Part shown: piece by piece, positions 27,301-37,341 of the stretch
Numbering within the stretch: position 1 is the first letter of the stretch
How the letters are laid out: every line of letters begins with the position of its first letter
Source of the DNA: Phoronis australis
Lineage: Eukaryota > Animalia > Phoronida
Reading direction: 5' to 3'
Assembly (NCBI GenBank): GCA_002633005.1
Contig: NMRA01000113.1
Coordinates: forward strand, 464,441-528,440
DNA length: 64,000 nt
Translations under genes and position numbers: made by a program
The notes under the pieces: generated by a model
The model's database searches: none
The model's input: only the letters and a program-made list of their open reading frames with translations
Told to the model about the DNA's origin: nothing

Positions 27301-30300
27301 TTGTTCTTGGTTTACAAGATCGACTAANCGACGGCGGAAATACGACCCTTTACCGACGTCGCGCCAATTCAATTCCGACCACTTATCAACGTCCCACCAC
27401 CCTGCAAGCGATTGTTTACCGACGTCGGACCAACCTAGAGGCGGCTTCTCGCCAACGTTTCGCCAACTAAGAGGCAACTGTTTGCCAACGTCGCACCAAC
27501 TTAGAGGCGACTGTTTGCCAACGTCGCACCGACCTTCAACTTTTCGGCCACCTGGTTTTCCCGCTTGCTCCCATAGAGGACATACATGTACTGATTTAAT
27601 GATTAAATCAGTATGTCATCTATGGGAGCAATCCGAAAACGCACGTGGTTAAAAAGTCGCAGGTAGGTTCCACGTTGGTAAACAGTCGAGAACATGTTAA
27701 GAACAGTCAGGGCCACCCAACCATCTGGTGGCGAAAACAATGCTCCGATTGAACATCAGGATATGCATAGCATGCAGTATGTCATTAAAGGCATTCCTGT
27801 GTTCTTTAAGCATTTTATTAAAGCATATCAATACCAGAAATGATGAATACCCAAAAATGGTAAATGATGAAGTAAATCATAAAAATAAACTATTTGCACA
27901 GAAGACAACTTTCAAAGATGCAAATATCTCATTATGACCTTGAATATGTAAATTTGTGGCAAGCCTCGCCTTATAGTAACTTTCATGAAAACTGTGCTAA
28001 CACTATAATTACACTGTAGGAGAAACAAACACTTCACCCATAAAGCTTAAGACTTAATAAATACTATGCGCGCACCCGGGGGGGGGAGCTAGGGGCTCAA
28101 ATGAGCCCCCTTCCATTTCACAGAGTGGGCAAAAATGTCAGCCATGTAGAAACAACAATATCGAAAAAAGTAGAAAACAAAAAGTCCACTAAAAAGGCAG
28201 GAATAACCAAAATTCCAAGAATGCAAAATTCATAGCTCTGAACGTACCCCTGAATCAAATTCGAGCCCCCCCATTTTTGGCTGGGTGCGTGCATGAATAC
28301 TAGACTAAAAAAATAATGCTCATTACAAAGCCTGAGTTTACATATCAAAGAATACTCAAAACTACGTTTGGAACAAAAAAATAAAATTGATCATTGTTCC
28401 ATTAGGGTAATAGTTGCCAAAGTGAGCTTTCCAGTAATTAAGGTTTCATTGCAGGATATAAAATAGAGAAATAGGAGCAAATCAACAAACTTACTGTCAT
28501 TATGACTACAAGAATTATGAGTATGCTAAACATTTGGTAAAATACAACACAAACATTTTCAAGGATACTTAAACAGGGATCCATGGGGCACTATGAAAAA
28601 CACAGGACATGAGATGTAAATCAATAAACTAAGATACAATTATGTGCCTAAACGAACATCGGAATGGCAAATAATTTATCCTAAACATTTCAGTGAAAAT
28701 CTGAATGTTAATCAAGCTATGGAATATAGAGCACTGGAATTTAAAGCAAGTTTAGCAACTATAACAATGCATTTCTTTCAACTGTCTAAGAATTTAATGT
28801 AAGTTGAAGAAGATGTCTCTAAACACAGAGTCTTCATAAGAACTCGGGCCCAAGCAGTATAAACTTTTAAAAAGACTTAACAGAATGTCAAAATTTGACT
28901 AGACTGAAACATATCAGTACGAAATTAAGATGCCATCTGCAAGTTACATAAAATACGAAATATTTTTAATCAGGTATAAAGAAGTACTCCCATTTAAACC
29001 TTTATACAAGAAGGCCCAAGTTAATATGCACTGCAGAACCAATCTGTATCTTGATCGTCACTACCAAGTTCTTGGACATAATCTAAAACTTGCACAGCTT
29101 TCCCTGCAAATTGCAAAAATACATGAAAGTAAGTTTTAAATTCACTACAAAGCAAGTTCATGAAAAACATAAATTTAGGTATTTGGTTTCATATTCAGAA
29201 CGTTTAATTTTAGGTTTAGCTTGCATGAAAAACTAAAGTCTATATTAAGGAATATTACTATAAAAGTTGAAAAAATCAGTTTTGTTCAAAATGCTAGAAA
29301 GACTAGGTGTTTAAAAGATTTGCCAATTCATCGATTTTGAAAACTATAACATTGTTGTTTACCTGTTTGTTGCCTCCTATCTTCTGTCACCATCTCTGTC
29401 GCCAGCATACTTCAGCTCAGAACTTCAGCCATCATTTCAATTGATCTTCAGTTTCTGCCACCTTTAACTTGCACCTTTAAATTTCAAACAAAAATGTCCT
29501 ATTATATGTAATTACTAAAAAAATGACGTCATTAAAAAGTACAACTTGTTGAACTTTCTCACAGCTATAATTACAGAGGTTGAAACATTTTCACATTTTA
29601 CAACAATGAGGAAACCATTGATGAGCAGGAAATTTACTTACCAGTAGCATATTTAATTTCTGCATTGACCCAGTCCACCTCAGGCTATCTCTTCTGTTCT
29701 GCCACCTTTAAAAGTTACTTCGCTTTCCAAGAGTTGAGGGTGGCAGGTTGCAATCATCTCCCTCCGCACAAATCCAACACTTGGGAACTACTTCTACACT
29801 GCCCTCATCAGTGAAATACACATCAGCATACATTCTGAAACACAATGAGTACCAATCAATAACATGTTAAAATAGTCATAAGCACATCTTTTATTGTTCT
29901 TCCACGAGCAAGTCGAATTGCTATGGCTCTCCTTGGCCTGGGAATGCAAAATTGATAAAGCCTGTATCACCCTCGTAAGCATTACAAGCTTACAAATGTC
30001 ATCGAAAAAGATAAATAAACTATATATTTGTTTAGGATTGTGGTTTTAATGAGGTATGAAAATCAAATTTGCCTTTAAATTTCATTTTAATATACGGCGA
30101 CCAAGTTTGACGTATCATTCAAGCCAAAGACCTGATCTCTATAGTGTCAATGACTTACAAAAATTGTTACACTGTCACTAGAACAGGGGACTCTCATAAA
30201 GACACACAGTAACAGTAAGCAGGTAAGTCCCCCAGAGTACTAGCAGGTTGACACAGTCCATAAGATTCTGTTGACCCAATATCTAACCAGACTTAGCTGT

Positions 30301-33002
30301 GACATGTGAGCTTATATTTCAATCTTCTTGAACACTGCACCTCTAGTATACACCATATTAGTAAGTAGGCTAAAGAAAGGAGTAATGTGTACACTATTAC
30401 ATAGTCATAGATGTCCTGGAACTCAGTCGAGGTTTGTAATGCATTATCTTACCAGTGTGTGACACACATGCCTTTCAATCGGGGTCATTCTAATCCCGAT
30501 CGAAAGTCAAGCTGTAGCCATTCACAACAATCAATCTAACAACTCACTTGTCACGTCCGTAGACTACGGAGTGGCGAGTAGCGAACCTTGCCAAATTTAT
30601 GGCGTATCTATGTAAGCGTCCAGACCTACATAATATCGTATTCAGTACTCCCATTTTCATGGCATATATCAGAGGTATGATCTACAATATCGAGCTCTCA
30701 TGCCATGGGCCATGGCTATGATATTTCGGCTTTACAGTCTCACTGCATAATCACAACACAATCTGGGTACTGGCAGTTAGTAGAATAATTGAATTTAGAA
30801 ATTAATGGTCCTGATTTTGAGAACCAGATAAGCAATAAGTAGCAGACATGTTTTTTGGCGTGGATGAAACTGCTATGATCACCAATATTTTCGACCAGAG
30901 CCATCTGGCTAGGCTGGCTGCTAGCCACTACTGCACTAGCACTACACTGGCTAACACCGAAAATTGATCAGTCAGATCAGGACAGAAGTTTAATTCTTAA
31001 ATCATCAAATCAGCTGTTGATTAAGCACAACAAACAGGCACGTTTTGCAGTTACAAGGATAAACTAGGCATCTACTTACCTCACTGGCTGACGTAAATGT
31101 ATGAAATGGATACTGAAAATGTGAACAGCTTAACGGTTTTGCGCTTAAACTCAGTTTCCGGTTAGCTGGTCAGCGACACCTGTTGAAGAAAAGTTAACTT
31201 ACTGCCCTCAGCCACTCCCGCGTGCCGAGAATAGTTTGAACGGTGGCAAATTCTGTGGAAAATGACACTGTTTGGAAATTAGAGAGTGTTTAACCAATGA
31301 CTACCAATTATTTGATGTGACGAAAACGACTCACGAGCGGCGCAGAGCGAACAAAGACCGACAGCGGCGGGCCGCTGGGCTCGATCCGGCTGGCCGGAAT
31401 GACGGCAGTATATATTTTTCTGATAGACGGATTTTTAATTTTCCTTTTTCAATTTGACTCTATTAAATGGACCTACACTCGGACAACGCCAACACGACGT
31501 TGGACCGACGTCGGACTCAGCACCAACCAGGATTTCTCGCACCCGGCGTCGCATCCGCGTCGGCACAACGTCAAACGTGCCCGACGCTGAGCCAGCGTTG
31601 GTTTGACGTCAAGACTGAACAATACTCAAAGAAGGACAAATAGGTTGACTTATGCACGGCAGTAAATATTTTTCTGAATCACAGACGGATTTTTAATTTT
31701 CCTTTTTCAATTTGACGCTATAGTTAAATGGACCTACACTTTTGACAACGACTCGACGTTGGACCGACGTCGGACTCAGCACCACATATGATTTCTCGCA
31801 CCGCGTCGCACCCGCGTCGGCCCAACGCCAAACGTGCCCGACGCTGAGCCAACGTTGGTCCGACGTCAAGACTGAACAATATTCAAAGTAGGACAAATAG
31901 GTTGACTTATACACTGTGACTATAAAAAAATAATATCGCAAGCGTCGAATTTACTTGGAAGTGCAAAACAGGCTTTTAAAAGCAGTATCTCGTAGACCGC
32001 CGACCAACGTCGGACCAATGTCAAAAAACCGACCGCGACCAATCGACCTCGAGCCAACGAATGGCGACATCGGCCCAACGTAGTGATGCTATCTGGGGAC
32101 TAACGGTATGTTGATTTGCCTCAGCACGCTGTTGCATCACCTGACTTCAGGGCATGGCGTACAATTGAATCAAGTCTCTTCAAATCACTTGCTAATAGGC
32201 AATTGCCTCCTGGTCAAATGGTCCGGACACTTGACTCACACGCTGGAGATACCCAGTTAAAATCTCAATATTTTCATCAACTTCAGCAAAGGCAAAGGCA
32301 CCAACCTACGATGCAATCTGATCTAGCAAGAAATTGAGAATTTTATTACCATGCGCAAACTAATGCAACCAAAGCTGATGCAATATTCTGGTGTTGCTGG
32401 CAGTCTTTGACATCTGATTTTGACTCATCTCCTAGCCAGGAACACAGTAACTTTTCCAGACCATTCAAACAATCAGAGGGTTCCTTATACAAACTTAAAG
32501 GCTGGCATTCTTGCAGGCATCCCAGTAGGACAGATGCTGTTACACCACTCAGGCCATGATCAAAATGACTTTGTGATTGCAGTAAAGGCAGAACAAGTAG
32601 AACACTGAGCCTGGTCGAAAATGAAACTTGTTCACTGTCCTTCCACAGACCCTGTTTTCTTAGAAGGCCAACCGTTTCTTCCTGGTGTCCCTCCGACTCT
32701 TGTTCATTTTGTTCATCAACTGCAATCTGGCGTTGTGTTGACCAGAAACCTTTAAGTGCGTTCAGACGATACTCTAACAACCTTGAAAAAGCATTGTTGT
32801 GTGTCCCACATACAGTTCTCAAACGTTCGCTGAGTTCGTCTGGACTCTTGGAATCAAAAGTAATCACTTGTTCCTGGTTGACTTCACTCACATCTTCAGG
32901 GAGTTCTACAAGATCTGTGACACGAATGAGACCATCATGTAAAAACAAGGTCTCCTCGGTTAAAGATAACCACTGAGAACCATCCTGTTGTGAACCAGAC
33001 AT
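399..33002 (-). CDS. HECTD4: HECT domain E3 ubiquitin ligase 4, N-terminal part; multi-exon, continues beyond the left window edge
   Basis: First exon MSGSQQDGSQWLSLTEETLFLHDGLIRVTDLVELP matches the recalled HECTD4 N-terminus (QWLSVKEETIFLHDGLIRVTDLAELP); internal peptides such as GRTVETIHPVRDNYKFKETVTIPGARCLYLRFDSRCSSQYDYDK and RPFRLGAGANMERVVRMD also fit. Hand-placed GT-AG exons in transcript order (may be off by a few nt): 32350-33002, 25737-25948, 25080-25333, 23803-23964, 23421-23601, 22609-22789, 22090-22203, 21703-21846, 20094-20317, 19679-19740, 19076-19236, 18758-18860, 18009-18129, 17021-17188, 16478-16699, 15967-16073, 15595-15790, 15178-15402, 14026-14189, 13404-13592, 12819-13005, 11973-12077, 10901-10989, 10188-10375, 8199-8319, 7788-7923, 7189-7355, 6587-6733, 5591-5772, 4841-5003, 4201-4369, 3803-3877, 3192-3379, 2672-2846, 2437-2516, 1955-2142, 1585-1720, 399-569. 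The HECT domain is not in the window. Confidence 0.92.
620..1510 (+). mobile_element. Copy of a non-autonomous interspersed repeat family (Helentron-associated/HINE-like)
   Basis: Internal degenerate repeats of GCCACTAGGGGGCAC...AAATTTCAC(A)AAG; ends in the hairpin TGCATCCACACATGTGGGTGCA followed by an A run. The left boundary is approximate. Confidence 0.5.
5160..5590 (-). repeat. 80-bp tandem array (~5.5 units) copying the HECTD4 exon end and 5' splice site
   Basis: GGACTCAC recurs at ~5184, 5263, 5343, 5423, 5503 and 5583. Confidence 0.9.
5783..5885. repeat. 34-bp tandem repeat x3
   Basis: GCAACTAGCATGTAAACTGTTCTCAAGTGCTACA repeated three times. Confidence 0.9.
7103..7158. repeat. (CACACC)n(CA)n microsatellite
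   Basis: Read directly from the sequence. Confidence 0.95.
8326..9053 (+). mobile_element. Near full-length copy of the HINE-like repeat family
   Basis: Starts AACAACCAGAGCAAC; carries GCCCCTAGGGGGAGCAC, GCCACCAGGGGC and GCCACTAGAGGG subunits; ends with the ...GTGTGGGTGTATGAAA terminus shared with copies at 1480, 21280 and 55790. Confidence 0.5.
9055..9600 (+). mobile_element. Decayed Penelope-like retroelement fragment (GIY-YIG endonuclease)
   Basis: Frameshifted translation gives GAIY.KISCAVRDATYVGE...QEHKKDV...DHANNNDHVANWSNVTLL...KRIMWESIWM...NKDETGLRLSPVY, the characteristic C-terminal GIY-YIG region of Penelope-like elements. Confidence 0.8.
10620..10885. repeat. 36-bp minisatellite (~5 good units plus a decayed tail)
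   Basis: Unit AAATGTAATGTGCCGCGAC(T/A)TCACAACCTACATCAC; it explains the spurious KCNVPRLHNLHH ORF. Confidence 0.9.
11690..11880. repeat. Degenerate ~29-bp tandem repeat
   Basis: GGTAAACAGTGTTTACATGTCAAACC-like units. Confidence 0.75.
12290..12650. repeat. Degenerate ~30-bp tandem repeat
   Basis: TGTTGTTTACA(A/T)TTCACTGATGCTAGACACA-like units, roughly 11 copies. Confidence 0.8.
18234..18303. repeat. 26-bp tandem repeat x2.5
   Basis: AACACGTGGTTGTGAACATGGGCTGT units. Confidence 0.85.
20464..20680. repeat. 78-bp tandem repeat x~2.8
   Basis: GACTCTGGTAATTTGTAT... starts at 20464, 20542 and 20620. Confidence 0.9.
24050..24640 (+). mobile_element. Decayed Hero/R2-group non-LTR retrotransposon fragment (zinc-knuckle region before the RLE endonuclease)
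   Basis: Frameshifted translation QGEWTMWD...RKKIT...LRAVYEKLPMPRNLSLWG.AEDDRCASCGEPGTLQHIL..GKYTWRYNEVLKALA...WKMTVDL matches the recalled Hero-clade pattern AVYDVLPSPSNL..WG..C..C...GTLEHIL...GRYRWRHDQVL. Confidence 0.75.
28067..28293. mobile_element. Short MITE nested in the large insertion
   Basis: Terminal inverted repeats ATGCGCGCACCC...GGGTGCGTGCAT with an internal GGGGCTC/GAGCCCC hairpin. Confidence 0.65.
31404..31920. repeat. ~253-bp tandem duplication in the transposon subterminal region
   Basis: CGGCAGTA(T/A)ATATTTTTC...GGACAAATAGGTTGACTTAT begins at 31404 and again at 31657. Confidence 0.9.
32350..33002 (-). CDS. HECTD4: HECTD4 first coding exon
   Basis: ORF 32346..33002; donor TG|gtaat splices in frame to ag|G GGT AAC at 25948 (W-G-N-L-K). 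Confidence 0.92.
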
Positions 33003-33330
33003 GTTTAAACTGCATAGTTGTCGACGATCATTATCGCTGCAGCTTGCAAGTATCGTTGGCCATTTTTGTCAAATTCATCCAATCACGAATCACGGGCGTT
33101 TTGTGGCTGCAGCTCTATTTTACTGGAGCACGTCTTTAATTATTTATAAGTAATTAAACATTAAGATAAAATAATAAAGTTTATAACCACTAACTTAAAA
33201 AATCCATTGAAATGTAATTATTAATGCCAAATATTATCAATGCATTCCAACATAGTGTCATTTTTTGTGAACACCCACAAAGATTTCATTAGCTTATCAA
33301 AATATATTGACTTTTCCTTTTTGTTTAAAA
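33003..33330. promoter_or_regulatory. Probable bidirectional promoter between HECTD4 and the GNAT-PARP gene
   Basis: Divergent ATGs only 328 bp apart. CCAAT box at ~33079; YY1-like GCCATTTT at ~33059 and AAAATGGCG overlapping the ATG at 33331; AT-rich core 33135-33240. Confidence 0.6.
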
Positions 33331-36300
33331 ATGGCGTCACTTGGAGTCGAAAGTGAAATGTCCAGTGCAGATTTCGTGTCGATTGAAAACGATATGGATG
33401 CCAGTGTCGGTTCTAAAACATTAGGCGATAGTATGGACATAATGACAGGTGCACAGGTGTCTGACAGACGTGTTTTCAAGTCGAAAACTGGTCGGTCTGT
33501 TGCCGTTACACCGGTCATTTTGGACATTCGGCGCCTTTTGCAAACAACTGAACCGACAGGATCAGGGAAGAGGACGTTTGATGTTATTGCAGGTAGAAAT
33601 TCCATATGTGTAGATCCTGCTAAACTTGTTACATTGCTGACATGTTATTGTTTTTCTTTGCTTAGAGTGCTACCAAAACTAGTTTTAGTCTGTTGGTGTT
33701 AATTTATCCTTGCTTTTAATTCTAATGCATTGAGTTGCTGATTGAACCATAGGCATAGGCCGAATGGCCCTCATTTCATTTATAAAATTTACCACACTGG
33801 TTTGAAGTTTGTAATTTTATCTTGTACTGCATGACACTTTAATTACTACTCTTTAAAACTAGCCAAGAGTGAGATCCTAAGTGCCTCACTTTGATCAAAA
33901 CAAACAATTCTACACTACAGTGACACAAAAATTTGTTACTGTATCTGAGGTTATAATAAACTTGTCTAAGATGAAACATGTCACACAAGGCCACAGGTAA
34001 GGAAGGAAAAATCTCTTAGTGCACTTAATTAATCAATCATTCAAATTAATTTTTGCAATAAATTCTATAGGCCCTTCGTACAAAAATACCATTTAGATAT
34101 TTAAGCCAACAAAAAGTTCTCACAAAGCTGAAAATCTGAGAAAACATATAATATATACAAAGGTTAACAAATTGTTCATTTTCATTTGATGGTATCACTT
34201 TAATGAATTTACACAGGGAAGGTTGGTTACATGTCAATGCTTGTGTTACTAGAATGTTATGAACCACTGAACTCCCTTTATAAGTCACTCAAAGATAGTT
34301 TAGAATGAATAACAGACAAAAACTAAGCACTTTGTTTTATGCAGTAATATCAAAGTGCTCTATCTGTGGTTTGAAAGTATGCACTAATGATATGGGTGGC
34401 GCAGCACTGAAAAAAGTGGGGGACTATAGCTCCCTGTGGTGCACCATCCATAGACCATAAGTGCCGCAGCACTGAAAAAAGTGGGGGGGCTACAGCCCCC
34501 CAACCCCCTATGGCGTGCCGCCCATTACGAGTGTTGCACAATTTTTGTTACACGATTAGAAACATATGGTTCAAAAGAGGATTCTGTTAATTGGTGTGCA
34601 GTTAATTTTGGTTGTGCTTTATGTCCAGTAGAGATGTGTAGCCATCTCACAGAAAGTACAAGCATTTTTCATTTAGTCTTTGGTTTCAAGTCAAGCATTA
34701 CAAGTGTTTTTGAGGTTATGATTTTGAACTTCATGCAAATGTGAATTGACATGCAGAACATTTCGATGGACTGATACTCCAAATATCCATAGTATTACAT
34801 AATATTTTGTTTTGTGCTAAGTGTTTTTCTTCTTTCATTATAGGTATCCCTAATCAAGACTTGGTGCATGCAGTTGTAGGCTTGTATGATGTTGCATTAC
34901 CAGAAATGACCCCAGATATTCTTTATTCTACTGTTGGAGAAAAGTGGGCCAGGTCCATTCTGTTGGTGCGAGATGTGTCAGATGTACTAAGTGAACTCAA
35001 CCAAAGTAGACAGGCTTTGACAGAAAGTAGCGAAAAATCCACAACAGATATCACTGATAACATTGTTGCTGTGCCCCAAAGTGAGTATAGGTTTAGTTAT
35101 AAAAAGGTCAGTTGTCTTCAAGTGATCTACTGATATTCAAAATATTAAGATTTGTTGCCAGAAAACAAGGTCCATGCAACAGATGCCTCGCTGTCTGTGT
35201 TGAGACCTGTACCAAGCAGAAGTTTAATTTATTGGCTGCATAAAAGTAGTAAGCAAAGCAATAGTTCTGATAGCACTAAAGCATTGTAAGTTTTTGTAAT
35301 TGAGTAACATTTGTTTTTCTCTGGCTTGAAGAATTCGGGCATTTTTTCCTAATGGCAGAACAATGATACAAGATTCGTTATTTTATGTTGTTTTGTGTCT
35401 ACCTTCTTTTTGGTTGCTTTTAGATGATGTTTTTACTGCTGAGGAGAGTGGGCCAAACACATTTGATCTGATATACAGCGACAACGAAGGTGGAAACCCA
35501 GAAGAGTCTGATGATGATGAGGAAGAAGATTTCTCAAAGGGAATTTACAAATTTATCAAATCTGCTCAAGAAAGGAGACTTAAACGTAGAACGTTCAAGG
35601 GTCTACTGACAGCTGACGACATTGGTATTGAGGATAGGCTTGTGGCCTGTGCAACATTTGAAAAGAAATATTGCAAGCCTGGTGAGAAAGTCATCCACTT
35701 GACAGTCATTGCCACTCGCAAGAAGTACAGGCAGATGGGTGTGGGCAAATATCTCTTACAGCAGTTGAAGGACCCTCTTGTAGTAGGACATTATGATGTC
35801 ATTGTTGTACATGCTGACAACTCGGCCATTGACTTTTTTGAACACTATGGCTTCACCAGTGATGTAGTATTAAACAGTCGTTGGAGTGAGCTAGCTGAAC
35901 AGTTCACAAACTGCACCATGATGTGTTACTTGCCTCCCTTCACAGGCCAGACATTGTTGGGAAGCAGTCACCAGGCTATGGACATCCTGGCTATGGAGAG
36001 AGAGATCAAGCAGTGGCAAGAGAAGAGTCTACAGTCCTACCAGTCTCACATTAGTCTGGTCACCAGGCTCAAGCATGAGATCATCCACCTGAGGGCGCTG
36101 GTGCTCTCTCAACAGGACCTCATCACCAATGTATCAGCTGAAAATGAGAAATTGCAACATGAAAAGTTTCTGCTCGAGAAGGAGTTCTTGCAGTATAAAC
36201 TGTCCCAGACTGGCAAGTCAGTGTTCAACGATGATGACGATGATGAGATGAGTGCTGAGGCTAATACTCAATATTTAATCTCGCGCTTGGAAAAACAGCT

Positions 36301-36958
36301 CAATCTGAAAACACGATTTCAGATGGCAAAACGAGAGAGTGTTGATGGCACTGAAGACACAAGTACTTACATGTTTTCACAAAAAGATGAAAGTTCTGAG
36401 GCTTATGACCATGGAAAAGACATGGCCGAATTTTATCAAGTCAATCAAGATTTTAACAGAAGTTGCAGGGAGTCTGATCTTGCTGATATGAAACTAGACA
36501 TTAGTTTGATTTCTAAGGCTCTAGTCAATAGTAGTGTCCTCGAGCGTTATGCAATGACCAAAGAAAAACTTCAAAATCCCAACATGACCATACGTCTATA
36601 TTACTGCGGTACACTTGAACATCCTGAAAGAATTCCTGACATTGTGAAGAATGGTTTCTCTGAGAAAGACTTTTCCCATGGCGAGTATGGTTGTGGTCTT
36701 TACTTCTCCAAGTCGGCCACTAAAGCCATGCCATTCTCAGCTAAGGGTAAGCTGATTATTGCTGATGTTGCTATTGGTAACCCGGAGAGCATCATTAAGA
36801 AGGACAATGGGCGCACTTGTCCTTCTCATGGTTATGATTCTACTGTCACCCCAGGTAGGCTAGTATCTTCCAGGGACGACACCAAGTGTCAGGAGTATGT
36901 CATATTCAACTTCAATCAGGCTCTGCCTTTGTTTTTAATTGATTACTCTTGTTCTTAA
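33331..36958 (+). CDS. Uncharacterised ~677-aa protein: Gcn5-like GNAT acetyltransferase + coiled coil + PARP-like ADP-ribosyltransferase domain
   Basis: Exons 33331-33592, 34844-35080 and 35424-36958 sum to 2034 nt; both introns are GT-AG phase 1 and the frame is continuous. GNAT motif A (IHLTVIATRKKYRQMGVGKYLL) and motif B (VVHADNSAIDFFEHYGF). PARP-type motifs LYYCGT, GEYGCGLYFS, LIIADVAIG, GYDS, QEYVIFNFNQALPLFLIDY. Confidence 0.85.
34392..34524. mobile_element. Short MITE, tandem dimer, in intron 1 of the GNAT-PARP gene
   Basis: TIR ATGGGTGGCGCA...GTGCCGCCCAT with two GCAGCACTGAAAAAAGTGGGGG units; a second copy lies at 41315-41457. Confidence 0.75.
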
Positions 36959-37341
36959 TTCACGGATATTTATAATTCCTACTTAAGTTTATGGCAGGCA
37001 TAGTGGTCTCAGTAGTTAATTGCGTAAAAGTGGACAGAAAAGTACATGAAACATTCCAACTTCATGTGAGTCTCATTGTTAATCTTAAAATTGAGTTCTA
37101 ATGTTACTTTGTCGTAGATTTGATGCACTACTTGTCGTTGTTTTTTTAGGAGTGAAAAGCTTTAATGCTCAGAACTTGCATTTTATTTTAAATAGTTCTA
37201 TGCATGGAAACTCATAGATAATGAAAAAAAAAATACGGGAAAAACGATGTAACATTTCAACTGTTTTTACATTGAATCTCAACTGTAATGTATAAATAAT
37301 TTATTTACACTGTCAATGATAGAAACTGTGTTGTGATAAAT

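Larger units (their letters stand above)
27330..32097. mobile_element. ~4.8-kb EnSpm/CACTA-like DNA transposon in HECTD4 intron 1; left end lost at the assembly N
   Basis: The right end reads TGCTATCTGGG (a CCCAGATAGCA-type terminus). Dense CC(A/G)ACGT(C/T)G subterminal repeats occur at both ends (27330-27560 and 31480-32080). A decayed minus-strand peptide KYAGDRDGDRR (~29380-29415) resembles DUF4806/BEN-like accessory ORF ends. No intact transposase is present. Confidence 0.6.

Noticed and set aside
33297-33605. 102-aa minus-strand ORF overlapping the GNAT-PARP first exon
   Set aside because: It is the antisense shadow of the real plus-strand exon.
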